Below, in pieces: positions 36,534 to 45,394 of a DNA stretch of 64,000 nt. The stretch is from the NCBI GenBank assembly GCA_038868255.1, contig JAWCTJ010000002.1, forward strand, positions 656 through 64,655, written 5' to 3'. Source of the DNA: Candidatus Bathyarchaeia archaeon. GTDB lineage: Archaea > Thermoproteota > Bathyarchaeia > Bathyarchaeales > Bathycorpusculaceae. Every line of letters starts with the position of its first letter. Position 1 is the first letter of the stretch. The notes under the pieces are model-generated. The model saw nothing but the letters and a program-made list of their open reading frames with translations, was not told the DNA's origin and made no database searches. The position numbers were made by a program, and so were the translations under genes.

Positions 36534-38315
36534 ATGCCCATTCGTCAGCCAATAGTCTGCGTTCTAGGTCATGTGGATACGGGCAAGACTCTTCTTCTTG
36601 ATAAGATTCGTAAGACAAGTGTTCAAGCCCGTGAAGCAGGCGGAATGACCCAGCATATCGGCGCCAGCTTCTTCCCCATGGAGACACTTAAGCAAATGGT
36701 CGGTCCCCTGCTATCATCTCTTAAAGGTCAGATTGAAATCCCTGGGCTGCTGATCGTGGACACCCCTGGCCACGAAGTGTTCACGAATCTGCGCATGAGA
36801 GGCGGAAGCGTTGCTGACATCGCAATTATGGTTATTGATGTACTTAAGGGCTTTGAAGCTCAAACATATGAGTGTATAGAAATTTTAAAGTCCAGGAAGA
36901 CTCCCTTTCTAGTGGCCGTTAACAAGATTGACAGAATTCCCGGATGGAAATCTGTTGAAGATGCACCCTTCCTTAAAAGTTATCAGCTTCAGGATAAATA
37001 CGTCAGAGAGGACTTGGACAACAGGATTTACGAGATTATCGGAACCTTCTCCCGTTTGGGTTTTAATGCTGACAGATTCGACAGGATAAAGGACTTCACC
37101 AAGACAGTTGCCCTTGTGCCGACAAGCGCTAAGACAGGAGAAGGCATACCTGAGCTTCTAGCGGTTCTTGTGGGGTTAACACAGCAGTATCTGAAGAAGC
37201 GGCTTCAGACAACCTCCGGCCCCGCCAAGGGAACAGTGCTGGAGGTTAAAGAAGAACCGGGCTTAGGCCTAACATTAAACACCATAATATATGATGGCAT
37301 TATGAAAAGGGATGATTTGATAGTTGTCGGCGGCAGAGAAAAGCCCATAGTCACCAGGGTGAGAGCGCTGCTCGTTCCAAAGCCCCTTGATGAGATGAGG
37401 GATCCGCGGGACAAGTTCTCCTCAGTTGAGTCCGTTTCAGCTGCGGCCGGCGTCAAGATCGTGGCGCCTGAACTTGAGGGCGTTTTGGCTGGTGCTCCAA
37501 TTTACGTTGTAGGCGAAGGTGAGTCCCCTGAGAAATATGTGACGCTTGTTTCTGAGGAGATTAAACGCATCCGCATCTCCACGGATGTTGATGGCGTTAT
37601 AGTTAAGGCTGATACGCTTGGCTCTCTGGAAGCTATAGCCGAGAACCTGAAACGTAACAACGTGCCTATAAGGCTGGCGGATGTGGGTGATATTTCAAAG
37701 AGGGATGTCACCGAGGCCGCTGTTGTTAAGGATCATAACCCGTTTTACGGCGCCATCTTAGCCTTTAATGTCAAGGTGCTTCCAGACGCTGCTGAAGAAG
37801 CCCAAAGCAAGAGTATCCCAATATTTCAGGAGAAAATAATCTACCACCTTGTGGATAATTACGTTTCATGGCTTAAGTCACAGCAGGAAGCCAAAACAGT
37901 TCAGGAATTCTCGCAACTTGTTAAGCCGGCGAAGATTCAGATACTGGAGGGTTATGTGTTTAGAAGAGCCAAACCAGCCATAGTTGGAATTGAAGTGCTC
38001 ACAGGAAAAATAAAGCCGAAGCTGCAGCTCTTAAGAGCTGAGGACGGCGAAGAAGTCGGCGAAATACTTCAGATACAGGATAAAGGCAAGGCTATACCTG
38101 AAGCAGGTGAGGGAATGCAAGTGGCGATTTCCATAGATAAGCCCATGGTTGGAAGACACATATTTGAAGGAGACCTGCTCTATGTGAAAGTGCCTGAGCA
38201 GCATGCAAAGATTCTTCTAAAGAATTTCATGGACAGACTGACCCCTGAAGAGCAGGAAACCCTGAAAGAATACATCGAATTGATGCGGAAGAAAATACCT
38301 TTCTGGGCAGCTTGA
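36534..38315 (+). CDS. infB: Translation initiation factor aIF5B (IF-2)
   Basis: MPIRQPIVCVLGHVDTGKT (G1), DTPGHE (G3) and NKID (G4). The length leaves no room for an intein. Confidence 0.95.
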   Translation: MPIRQPIVCVLGHVDTGKTLLLDKIRKTSVQAREAGGMTQHIGASFFPMETLKQMVGPLLSSLKGQIEIPGLLIVDTPGHEVFTNLRMRGGSVADIAIMVIDVLKGFEAQTYECIEILKSRKTPFLVAVNKIDRIPGWKSVEDAPFLKSYQLQDKYVREDLDNRIYEIIGTFSRLGFNADRFDRIKDFTKTVALVPTSAKTGEGIPELLAVLVGLTQQYLKKRLQTTSGPAKGTVLEVKEEPGLGLTLNTIIYDGIMKRDDLIVVGGREKPIVTRVRALLVPKPLDEMRDPRDKFSSVESVSAAAGVKIVAPELEGVLAGAPIYVVGEGESPEKYVTLVSEEIKRIRISTDVDGVIVKADTLGSLEAIAENLKRNNVPIRLADVGDISKRDVTEAAVVKDHNPFYGAILAFNVKVLPDAAEEAQSKSIPIFQEKIIYHLVDNYVSWLKSQQEAKTVQEFSQLVKPAKIQILEGYVFRRAKPAIVGIEVLTGKIKPKLQLLRAEDGEEVGEILQIQDKGKAIPEAGEGMQVAISIDKPMVGRHIFEGDLLYVKVPEQHAKILLKNFMDRLTPEEQETLKEYIELMRKKIPFWAA

Positions 38316-38786
38316 TTGTTGGATATTATTTTACTTTCCATGTTTTTAGCGTAAGCTCAAGCACTACGCCGTTACCTTTGAACCTCCGTATTTTTCGGTA
38401 AAATCCCGCAAGCTCTTTATAAGCCGCGTAAGCGTGTATCTCGATAACTTTCAGCTGCTTTTTGACGCTTCGTCTAACAATTCCCCGCCGATTTGTCTTC
38501 TTCACGGATCAGAATGAGAAGCGCATGCACGTTCAATCCTTTCTATAGTATGTAAAGGTAGAAAAGTAAATGCAGCATTTCAACTATTAGTCCATCTGCT
38601 TCAGCCACTACAACAATGTGTTTGCTCTTTCAATTTTCCATTTAGACTACTCGACTACTATATTGTCGGTGCTTTAGAATCCGCGGCATCCGCTTCGCGT
38701 GTTTTAATCTCCATAAATTCAAAATAGGACTTAAAAGGGAATATCAACCCAGGGTTTCCCCAACCTAAAACCATGGAAGGTTTAGC

Positions 38787-39488
38787 ATGTTTAGACTTAA
38801 GCATATAGGTATTGTCGGCGTCAGCTCTCCAGGAGCAGCTCTCTGCTATCAAACCATATGCTCTGAAGGCGAGAAAATTCTCGGTAAACGTTACATTCAT
38901 CCTGAGGTAAGCATGCATGCTTTCTCCTTCAGCACTTACATGTCCCTAATAGAGAAAGGCGACTGGGACGGCGTAGCCGAGCAGTTAGTTTCATCGGCTA
39001 AGAAACTTGCCCGAATAGGCGCAGACTTCGCTATATGCCCCGATAACACTGTTCACATAGCCTTCGACAAAGTCGTTGAAAAGTCACCTATACCGTGGAT
39101 GCACATAGCTGAGGAAGTTGCCAAAGAAGCAAAAAGGCTTGGTTTCAGCAAATTAGCTATTCTGGGAACCCGATTCCTAATGGAGTCTGATGTTTATCCC
39201 TCGAAACTAAGGCTTTATGGAATGAAGTGGGCTTTCCCAGAAGCTGGTCAACGCGAAGTTATCAACGAGATAATTTTCAATGAACTCGTTTATGGCGTTA
39301 TCAATATTGAATCCCGGGAAAAACTAGCCAAAATCATAAAGGATATAGCCAAAATAGATGGATGCGAAGCTGTTATTTTAGGATGCACCGAATTGCCACT
39401 AATAGTTGACAATGCGGTTTCCTCGATACCTCTGTTGGATTCAACACGCATCCTAGCTAGAGCGGCTCTTAAAAAAGCAGCAGAATGA
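38787..39488 (+). CDS. Aspartate racemase (Asp/Glu/hydantoin racemase family)
   Basis: N-terminal IGIVGVSSPGAALCY, a mid-protein ICPDNTVH, and ILGCTELPLIV carrying the second catalytic Cys. Confidence 0.8.
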   Translation: MFRLKHIGIVGVSSPGAALCYQTICSEGEKILGKRYIHPEVSMHAFSFSTYMSLIEKGDWDGVAEQLVSSAKKLARIGADFAICPDNTVHIAFDKVVEKSPIPWMHIAEEVAKEAKRLGFSKLAILGTRFLMESDVYPSKLRLYGMKWAFPEAGQREVINEIIFNELVYGVINIESREKLAKIIKDIAKIDGCEAVILGCTELPLIVDNAVSSIPLLDSTRILARAALKKAAE

Positions 39489-39609
39489 ACCTTTTGTGAT
39501 TCACTAAATCTATGAAAATCCTTTAAAGCCTCTGCGACATACGCCGCAAGTTAATTTGGATAAGATGCATAATGAAAATAGTTTTCGAATCGACATCTCC
39601 ATTATGGTT

Positions 39610-40755
39610 TTATGATAGTAAGTGTACATTTCCTATCCGGGTGTTTTTTAGGTGTTTCTGAGCTGCTCTTTGACATTCTATGGCTTGCTGCCGGCTTGTG
39701 GTGGGCAAGTCGTTCATTACGTAGCACGGGTAAAAAGCCAAAAGGGTGTATGGGACTTCCGGGCTTATTTGACTAATGAATTTGGCTATGTTCTCCACCT
39801 CCTCCGCGTCCACATAGCCCGGCACGAGCAGTGTGCTCGCGGTTAGCACCGGAAGCTCAGGGCGTTTTTCATAGTATTTTTCTCCTATCCGCGTGAAGTT
39901 TTCCAGGGACGCCCTGTTTGACACTCCACATAGTGCCATGGCAAGTTCTTCACTCCATGCCTTCAGGTCGAATTTTATGTTGCCTCCGCTTTCTAAGGCG
40001 TATTCGGCGGCCTTCTCAATCAGCTTCGGGTTCATGTAGCCATTTGTTTCCCAGCATATGCGGAGGATTCGGCCGTTGGCTTTCGCTTTTTCTAGGGCTA
40101 TGCGGCTTGTTTCTAGCGAGTGAGTCATTTGAGGTGAGGGGTCTCCTCCAAAGTAACATATGCATGAAACATTTGCATCTATGGCTTTTGAGGCTAATGC
40201 CTCAGCGGTCACCACCGGCTTATGCTTGACTGTGAGGTTACGGAAATGCCAGTTCTGGCAGTATAGGCAGTCGTAGCTGCAGGCTCCATAGAAAACCGCG
40301 AGGTTATAGTAGCCATGCTCTGCAACTGGCCTGTAAGCGTATTTTGGATAACCTTTTCCAGTGCATCCTGGGCAGAACCACCAACTCACGCAGTTAGTTG
40401 GTAGGCTGTCATAGTACCATTCAAGTATGCCTTGATCTGGGGTCCCGCCGAAACGAATCAGTCGTCCGCTAAGGTTCCACACAAGCCCGCAGAATCCTGC
40501 TTTTCCATTGCCTATCACGCAGTTGTTGGCGCAAATTCCACAAGATATTCCATCCTCATCCCTTGGAGGCTGTGCTGGTAAGCCGAAGGCAGCCCTGCTT
40601 CTGGCGTGGATTTCCTTTGTAATGTCTAAAGCCTCTTTAGGCCTTTTTCTTATACACTTTAGGCATACGCCGAGTTTTCCAGATATAAGCGGCGAGACTT
40701 CGCCACAAAGTTGGCACTTTCCCATAACTAACTCATGAATAACTATGCTTAGCAA
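39610..40755 (-). CDS. Radical SAM protein of the PflA/AmmeMemoRadiSam-like (COG1180) type with an N-terminal zinc ribbon
   Basis: CSYDCLYCQNWHF (Cx3Cx2C), N-terminal CQLCGE...CLKC, and an additional Cys-rich segment CGICANNC...FCG. Confidence 0.8.
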   Translation of the reverse strand: MLSIVIHELVMGKCQLCGEVSPLISGKLGVCLKCIRKRPKEALDITKEIHARSRAAFGLPAQPPRDEDGISCGICANNCVIGNGKAGFCGLVWNLSGRLIRFGGTPDQGILEWYYDSLPTNCVSWWFCPGCTGKGYPKYAYRPVAEHGYYNLAVFYGACSYDCLYCQNWHFRNLTVKHKPVVTAEALASKAIDANVSCICYFGGDPSPQMTHSLETSRIALEKAKANGRILRICWETNGYMNPKLIEKAAEYALESGGNIKFDLKAWSEELAMALCGVSNRASLENFTRIGEKYYEKRPELPVLTASTLLVPGYVDAEEVENIAKFISQISPEVPYTLLAFYPCYVMNDLPTTSRQQAIECQRAAQKHLKNTRIGNVHLLS

Positions 40756-40790
40756 GCCTAAAAACGTAGAGGACCATGCTTCGAGGCACC

Positions 40791-41084
40791 TTAACCTCCT
40801 CCTACTGGAGGCAATATTGCCAGCGTATCTCCATCCTCAAGTTTTGTATCCATGCCCTTGATGGTTGAGGCGCTTCGGCCGTTTACAAGAAACTGAAGAA
40901 AGCCCTTAACCTCGCCTGTTTTGCCATCATATACGTAGTCCATGAAACCCTTCCCGTAAAGTTCAGCCAGCCTGTTAAGCACCATGCCCACGGTGACGAC
41001 GGCATCGTTCGGAAACTCTAAAGTTTCCTCCCGCTTTCCAACTATTTCTCTGAGGGTTGTGAAGAAGCGCACTGAAATCTTCAC
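40791..41084 (-). CDS. MoaD/ThiS-family ubiquitin-like protein (SAMP-like) ending in ...PPVGGG
   Basis: GTG start at 41084, 8 nt after TAGGTG, giving (M)KISVRFFTTLREIVGK...LVNGR...GDTLAILPPVGGG*. The beta-grasp pattern and C-terminal Gly-Gly are diagnostic. Confidence 0.75.
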   Translation of the reverse strand: MKISVRFFTTLREIVGKREETLEFPNDAVVTVGMVLNRLAELYGKGFMDYVYDGKTGEVKGFLQFLVNGRSASTIKGMDTKLEDGDTLAILPPVGGG

Positions 41085-41196
41085 GCTCAGGCACCTACTT
41101 CTGAAAAAGGGTAACCAAAATTTAAACGTACCTTCAAGCATAAATGTTTAAAGTTCTGCAAGCAGTTCTTTAGGCTAAAGTAATATGTAGAGTGGG

Positions 41197-41766
41197 GTGC
41201 TCTTGGATACTTTTGCAATATTGGCTGTAGCCCTCGGGCTGGCAATGGATGCTTTCAGCGTTTCCGTTGCCTCGGGAATCGCTGGAAGGTGCGCTCGAAA
41301 ATCCGCTGCTTTAAAGATGGCATTTCTATTCGGAGCTTTCCAGGCTATAATGCCCACCATAGGCTGGCTAGCAGGGGTAACCATGCTACATTTGATATCC
41401 GACTTTGATCACTGGATAGCTTTTGCTCTTCTGCTTTTGGTTGGGCTGAGGATGATCTATGAAGCCGTAAGACCTGACATCCGAGAGCGCTTAGGAAATC
41501 TTAACCTAGGGCTTTTTACACTCCTGATGTTAGCCATTGCTACAAGCATTGATGCCTTGGCCGTGGGAATAAGCTTCGCCATCCTGGCAGTCTCCATTGT
41601 CAGTTCAGCATTGCTTATCGGCACAGTAACGTTTCTACTTTCATTGTTTGGGGCATTAACGGGCGAAAAAGTGAAGCATCTTCTTTCTCCAAGGAGGATA
41701 GAGGCTTTAGGAGGCCTCGTCTTGATAATCATCGGAGTTAAAATACTTCTTGAGCATCTGGCCTAA
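41197..41766 (+). CDS. mntP: Manganese efflux pump MntP (DUF204)
   Basis: 189 aa, 6 TM, with duplicated LAMDAFSVSVASG and IATSIDALAVGISFA motifs. Confidence 0.8.
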   Translation: MLLDTFAILAVALGLAMDAFSVSVASGIAGRCARKSAALKMAFLFGAFQAIMPTIGWLAGVTMLHLISDFDHWIAFALLLLVGLRMIYEAVRPDIRERLGNLNLGLFTLLMLAIATSIDALAVGISFAILAVSIVSSALLIGTVTFLLSLFGALTGEKVKHLLSPRRIEALGGLVLIIIGVKILLEHLA

Positions 41767-41947
41767 GCCCATGTGGCGTGCGCAAATTTTGCGTTCGGAA
41801 AATTATGCATACTTCATGTATCTCTCAAACGTAAGATGTTTTCTTTTGTAAGCATCCATATGCAAATGCGCCTAACCTTAAAAGTCCATTGGAGTCTGAG
41901 GAGGTGTTGGTTTACGAGACTTTTAGTAGAATACTGACTGAACCGTG

Positions 41948-41962
41948 AGAAAAGTTTATATT
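41948..41962 (+). promoter_or_regulatory. BRE/TATA promoter element of thermosome gene 2
   Basis: AGAAAAGTTTATATT about 63-77 nt upstream of the ATG at 42025. Confidence 0.45.
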
Positions 41963-42024
41963 TTACTGCATTTCTGCTTATCAGCGGTTAGTAAGTTCTA
42001 AACCAACTGATTGGAGGAATTGAT

Positions 42025-43671
42025 ATGGCTTACTTAACTACAACAGCTTCAGGTCAGCCGGTGTTAATCCTTAAAGAAGGAACTTCTAGAAGCCGTGGAA
42101 GGGAAGCTCAAAGGAACAATATTGCCGCTGCAAGGATAATATCTGAGGTTCTAAGATCAACTCTTGGGCCGAAGGGCATGGATAAGATGCTCATCGACAG
42201 CCTCGGCGACATTACAATTACTAACGATGGCGCCACAATCCTTGACGAGATCGAAGTGGAGCATCCTGCGGCGAAGATGATGGTTGAGGTGGCGAAGACG
42301 CAGGATGACATGGTTGGCGATGGAACAACCACTGCGGTGGTCTTGGCTGGCGAGCTTCTTAAGAGGGCTGAGGAGCTTCTGGAACAGAACATTCACCCGA
42401 CAATCGTCATCAGCGGCTACAGGAAGGCTGCTCAAAAAGCCGTAGAGGTCATAAACAAGATTGCAAAAACCGTTGACATCGAGGACCGTGCGACTCTGCG
42501 TAAAGTTGCCGTAACCTCCATGGGAAGCAAGGCTGTGGGAACCGCCAGAGATCACTTCGCCGACATAGCTATAGACGCCGTCAAACAGATCGTTGAAAAA
42601 CGCGGTGACAGGCTGATAGCGGACATAGATAACATCCAAGTCGTGAAGAAGACCGGCAAAAGCCTGCTTGAGTCGCAACTCGTTAATGGCGTAATAATCG
42701 ACAAGGAAGTAGTTCATTCAGGGATGCCTAAAAAAGTTGAGAATGCAAAGATAGCGCTTCTGGACTGCCCGCTGGAAATAGAGAAGACAGAGTTCAGCGC
42801 TGAAATCAGGATACGCGATCCCAAGCAGATGAAAGCCTTCCTAGATCAGGAAACTCAGATGCTGAAGGAGATGGTTGACAAGATTAAGGCCACCGGCGCC
42901 AATGTGGTGTTCTGCCAAAAGGGCATAGACGACATGGCGCAGCACTTCCTCGCTAAGGAGGGGATACTTGCAGCCAGAAGGATAAAGCAGTCAGACATGG
43001 AGAAGCTTGCAAGGGCTACAGGCGGCCGCATAGTCACAGACTTGGATGATTTGACTCCTAACGACCTGGGCGCGGCAAGTCTCGTTGAGGAGCGCAAGAT
43101 CGGCGAGGACAAAATGATATTCGTAGAAGGATGCAAGAACCCCCGTTCAGTGGCGATCCTGATAAGGGCAGGACTGGAGAGGATGGTTGACGAGGCAGAA
43201 AGAGCCATGACAGATGCGCTCTCAGTGGTTTCAGACGTTGTGGAGCACAATAAGGTCGTACCCGGCGGTGGCGCCGTGGAAGTTGAAATAGCCAAAGAAC
43301 TCCGCGACTACGCGAGGAACGTGGGCGGCAGGGAGCAACTTGCCATAGAAGCCTTCGCTGAGTCAATAGAGGTGGTGCCCCGCTCTCTAGCGGAGAACGC
43401 TGGACTAGAACCCATAGACATAATCGTGGAGCTGAGGGCTGCCCATCAAAAAGCCGACGGCGTGTCCATGGGCGTAAACGTGTTCACAGGGAAAATCGAG
43501 GACATGTACAGCATTGGCGTGATGGAACCAGCCATCGTAAAGGAGCAAGCAATCAAATCCGCCACAGAAGCAACCTCAATGATACTGCGCATAGACGATG
43601 TCATCGCTGCCTCAAAGCCCAAAGAGGAAAAAGAGAAAGGAAAACTAGGCGAAACTGAAACAGAAGAATAG
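42025..43671 (+). CDS. ths: Thermosome subunit (group II chaperonin), second paralog
   Basis: [18 protein letters not shown] and VPGGGAVE; 548 aa. GGAGG lies upstream of the ATG. Confidence 0.95.
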   Translation: MAYLTTTASGQPVLILKEGTSRSRGREAQRNNIAAARIISEVLRSTLGPKGMDKMLIDSLGDITITNDGATILDEIEVEHPAAKMMVEVAKTQDDMVGDGTTTAVVLAGELLKRAEELLEQNIHPTIVISGYRKAAQKAVEVINKIAKTVDIEDRATLRKVAVTSMGSKAVGTARDHFADIAIDAVKQIVEKRGDRLIADIDNIQVVKKTGKSLLESQLVNGVIIDKEVVHSGMPKKVENAKIALLDCPLEIEKTEFSAEIRIRDPKQMKAFLDQETQMLKEMVDKIKATGANVVFCQKGIDDMAQHFLAKEGILAARRIKQSDMEKLARATGGRIVTDLDDLTPNDLGAASLVEERKIGEDKMIFVEGCKNPRSVAILIRAGLERMVDEAERAMTDALSVVSDVVEHNKVVPGGGAVEVEIAKELRDYARNVGGREQLAIEAFAESIEVVPRSLAENAGLEPIDIIVELRAAHQKADGVSMGVNVFTGKIEDMYSIGVMEPAIVKEQAIKSATEATSMILRIDDVIAASKPKEEKEKGKLGETETEE

Positions 43672-43687
43672 CCCCCATCCTCCAACA

Positions 43688-43693
43688 TTTTTT
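43688..43693 (+). terminator. Oligo-T terminator candidate after thermosome gene 2
   Basis: T6 run 17 nt after the stop codon. Confidence 0.3.
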
Positions 43694-43964
43694 ATCTGTC
43701 AAGTTCCTATCTGAGGAACAGCATTTCCAGGATACCTTCACCGAAAAGGGCATGTTTTATACCCGTAACAAAATCAAGAGTCGACAAAATGAAGATTTGT
43801 ATGACCGTAAAAATTGAAAGCGACGAATGTAGCAACAGCCCAAAAACCCGGTAAGAGGAAAAGAAATTAATTAAAGGCAGATTTGAATTTATCAGATACA
43901 GCGAAAAAGATAATGCTACCATAATAGAAAACGGAAATAAAGATTTCCGGCAATATGTTTCAAG

Positions 43965-44042
43965 GCTCCGGTAGTATAGTCCGGCCAAGTATAGCGGCCT
44001 CTCGAGCCGCGGACCCGGGTTCAAATCCCGGCCGGAGCACCA
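43965..44042 (+). tRNA. tRNA-Glu (anticodon CUC) with a genome-encoded CCA
   Basis: Acceptor stem GCTCCGG/CCGGAGC is fully paired. The anticodon arm is GCGGC-CTCTCGA-GCCGC, and the T arm is CCGGG-TTCAAAT-CCCGG. The discriminator is A, followed by CCA. No intron is present. Confidence 0.9.
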
Positions 44043-44051
44043 GTATTTCGG

Positions 44052-44056
44052 TTTTT
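44052..44056 (+). terminator. Oligo-T stretch downstream of tRNA-Glu
   Basis: GGTTTTTATT begins 9 nt after the CCA. Confidence 0.3.
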
Positions 44057-44215
44057 ATTCCTCCTTTCTGCCTTTTAAGTCTGCAAGCATCCTCCTTTCA
44101 GATGAAGAATGCCGGGATATACGCCTTTGACGTGGTTGTAAGACCTACAGGAAGGTTTTGGCCGGGATAGTGTATGGCGGCTCCGCGTTTTACTTCATCG
44201 ATCACACAGCGTCGA

Positions 44216-44851
44216 TCAGTCTATGAGGAGCAGTGCAAAAGTCTCTGGGTTCTTTTCAAATGGAAACGTGATCTCGATTCCCGCGTTTTTCGCTGTAGCT
44301 CTGACGTTTACACCGACAGCGTCTTCTGAGTAGCGCGCCTTTGTGGGATGTGCGCATGTGCTACTGTCCAATGTGCATTTTTCACATAGCTGGCAGTGTC
44401 CTGAGATTAACCCTACAGCAAGCGGGTATCCTTTGTTCATGGCTGCTTTTTCAAGTTCAAGTACTAAAGACAGAATTTTTAGCTTGTCCTCTTTCCAGTC
44501 AGTCCAGAACTTTTGCAGTTTCTCTTTAACGTCAAACGGGATAGTAGGATCATTTTCAGCCTTAGAAAGATATTTTGAAATCTCGGGAGTGGCTGTCGCG
44601 CGTGATTTAAACTTCATGAACAATGCGTAGCGATATTCTTTTACTATTTTTCGGAACTCCTCAGCAGTAGGCGTATACGGCGGGCACGTCAATGTTTTTC
44701 CATAATATGGACAGCCAACTTTACATTTTAGCACAACTCTGTCTTCCACAACAATCTTATCTGTTGTAATTACCCTTGCGTCAACCGCGCCCTTCTCCAA
44801 AGCTATTTTCCTGAGAAACTCAAATTTTTCAAGCTCTTTTTGAGCGTTCAT
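44216..44851 (-). CDS. DUF2284-family predicted metal-binding protein
   Basis: CKVGCPYYGKTLTCPPYTP together with a later CQLCEKC...C cluster, typical of DUF2284. Confidence 0.7.
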   Translation of the reverse strand: MNAQKELEKFEFLRKIALEKGAVDARVITTDKIVVEDRVVLKCKVGCPYYGKTLTCPPYTPTAEEFRKIVKEYRYALFMKFKSRATATPEISKYLSKAENDPTIPFDVKEKLQKFWTDWKEDKLKILSLVLELEKAAMNKGYPLAVGLISGHCQLCEKCTLDSSTCAHPTKARYSEDAVGVNVRATAKNAGIEITFPFEKNPETFALLLID

Positions 44852-45394
44852 AAGTGTACACCAGCCCTTTTGCTTGATTAACCCGAGTTAATATAAATAT
44901 TTAGCATGAAATTTCACTATTTGCTTTAGTAGCTGAAAAGCGCCAGCAAAGCAAGCCACTGTAAAGGTATTCCTAATCGAAAGAAGGGAATATAATGGGA
45001 TAAACTGTTTGAACCTTCCTTCCACTCGTTTGATTCTTTATTTAATAACTGGAAAGTACAAATTTTAAGCTCATTTTTAGCTTATTATGAATAAAAGATG
45101 ATGATTTAAGTTATTTTAGAGAAAATCGAAATTGGAATATTATCTTGCCAGTGAAACATCCATGATCTAAGCCGTAAATGGTTTAATAGACAAGATTATG
45201 CTGGTCCACAAGAACTTTTTTAATCATAAGGAACTCAACAATCTTCTATCCTTTCAAAAATCTACAGACTTTTGTTCATGTTATCCCTTACTTCAACTAG
45301 AACGGTAATCTATTGTTATTCAGCGTTGTGTTGATCTTTTTGTGCTGGCTGAGGAAATATGAATAAATATTCTTGAAATCGTAAATTTTGAAAT

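Noticed and set aside
42108-43366. Several 94-186-aa minus-strand ORFs opposite thermosome gene 2, with analogous ones opposite thermosome gene 1 (27277..27675)
   Set aside because: They are Ser/Ala/Leu-rich antisense translations of a highly expressed conserved gene, with no independent signals.
43707-44170. ORFs 43707..44024 (-) and 43955..44170 (+) overlapping the tRNA
   Set aside because: The region folds into a perfect tRNA-Glu cloverleaf, and the ORFs have no SD and give implausible translations.
45095-45175. Possible C/D box sRNA (ATGATGA at about 45098)
   Set aside because: A C-box-like heptamer is present, but there is no CTGA D box or terminal stem at the expected 50-70 nt distance.
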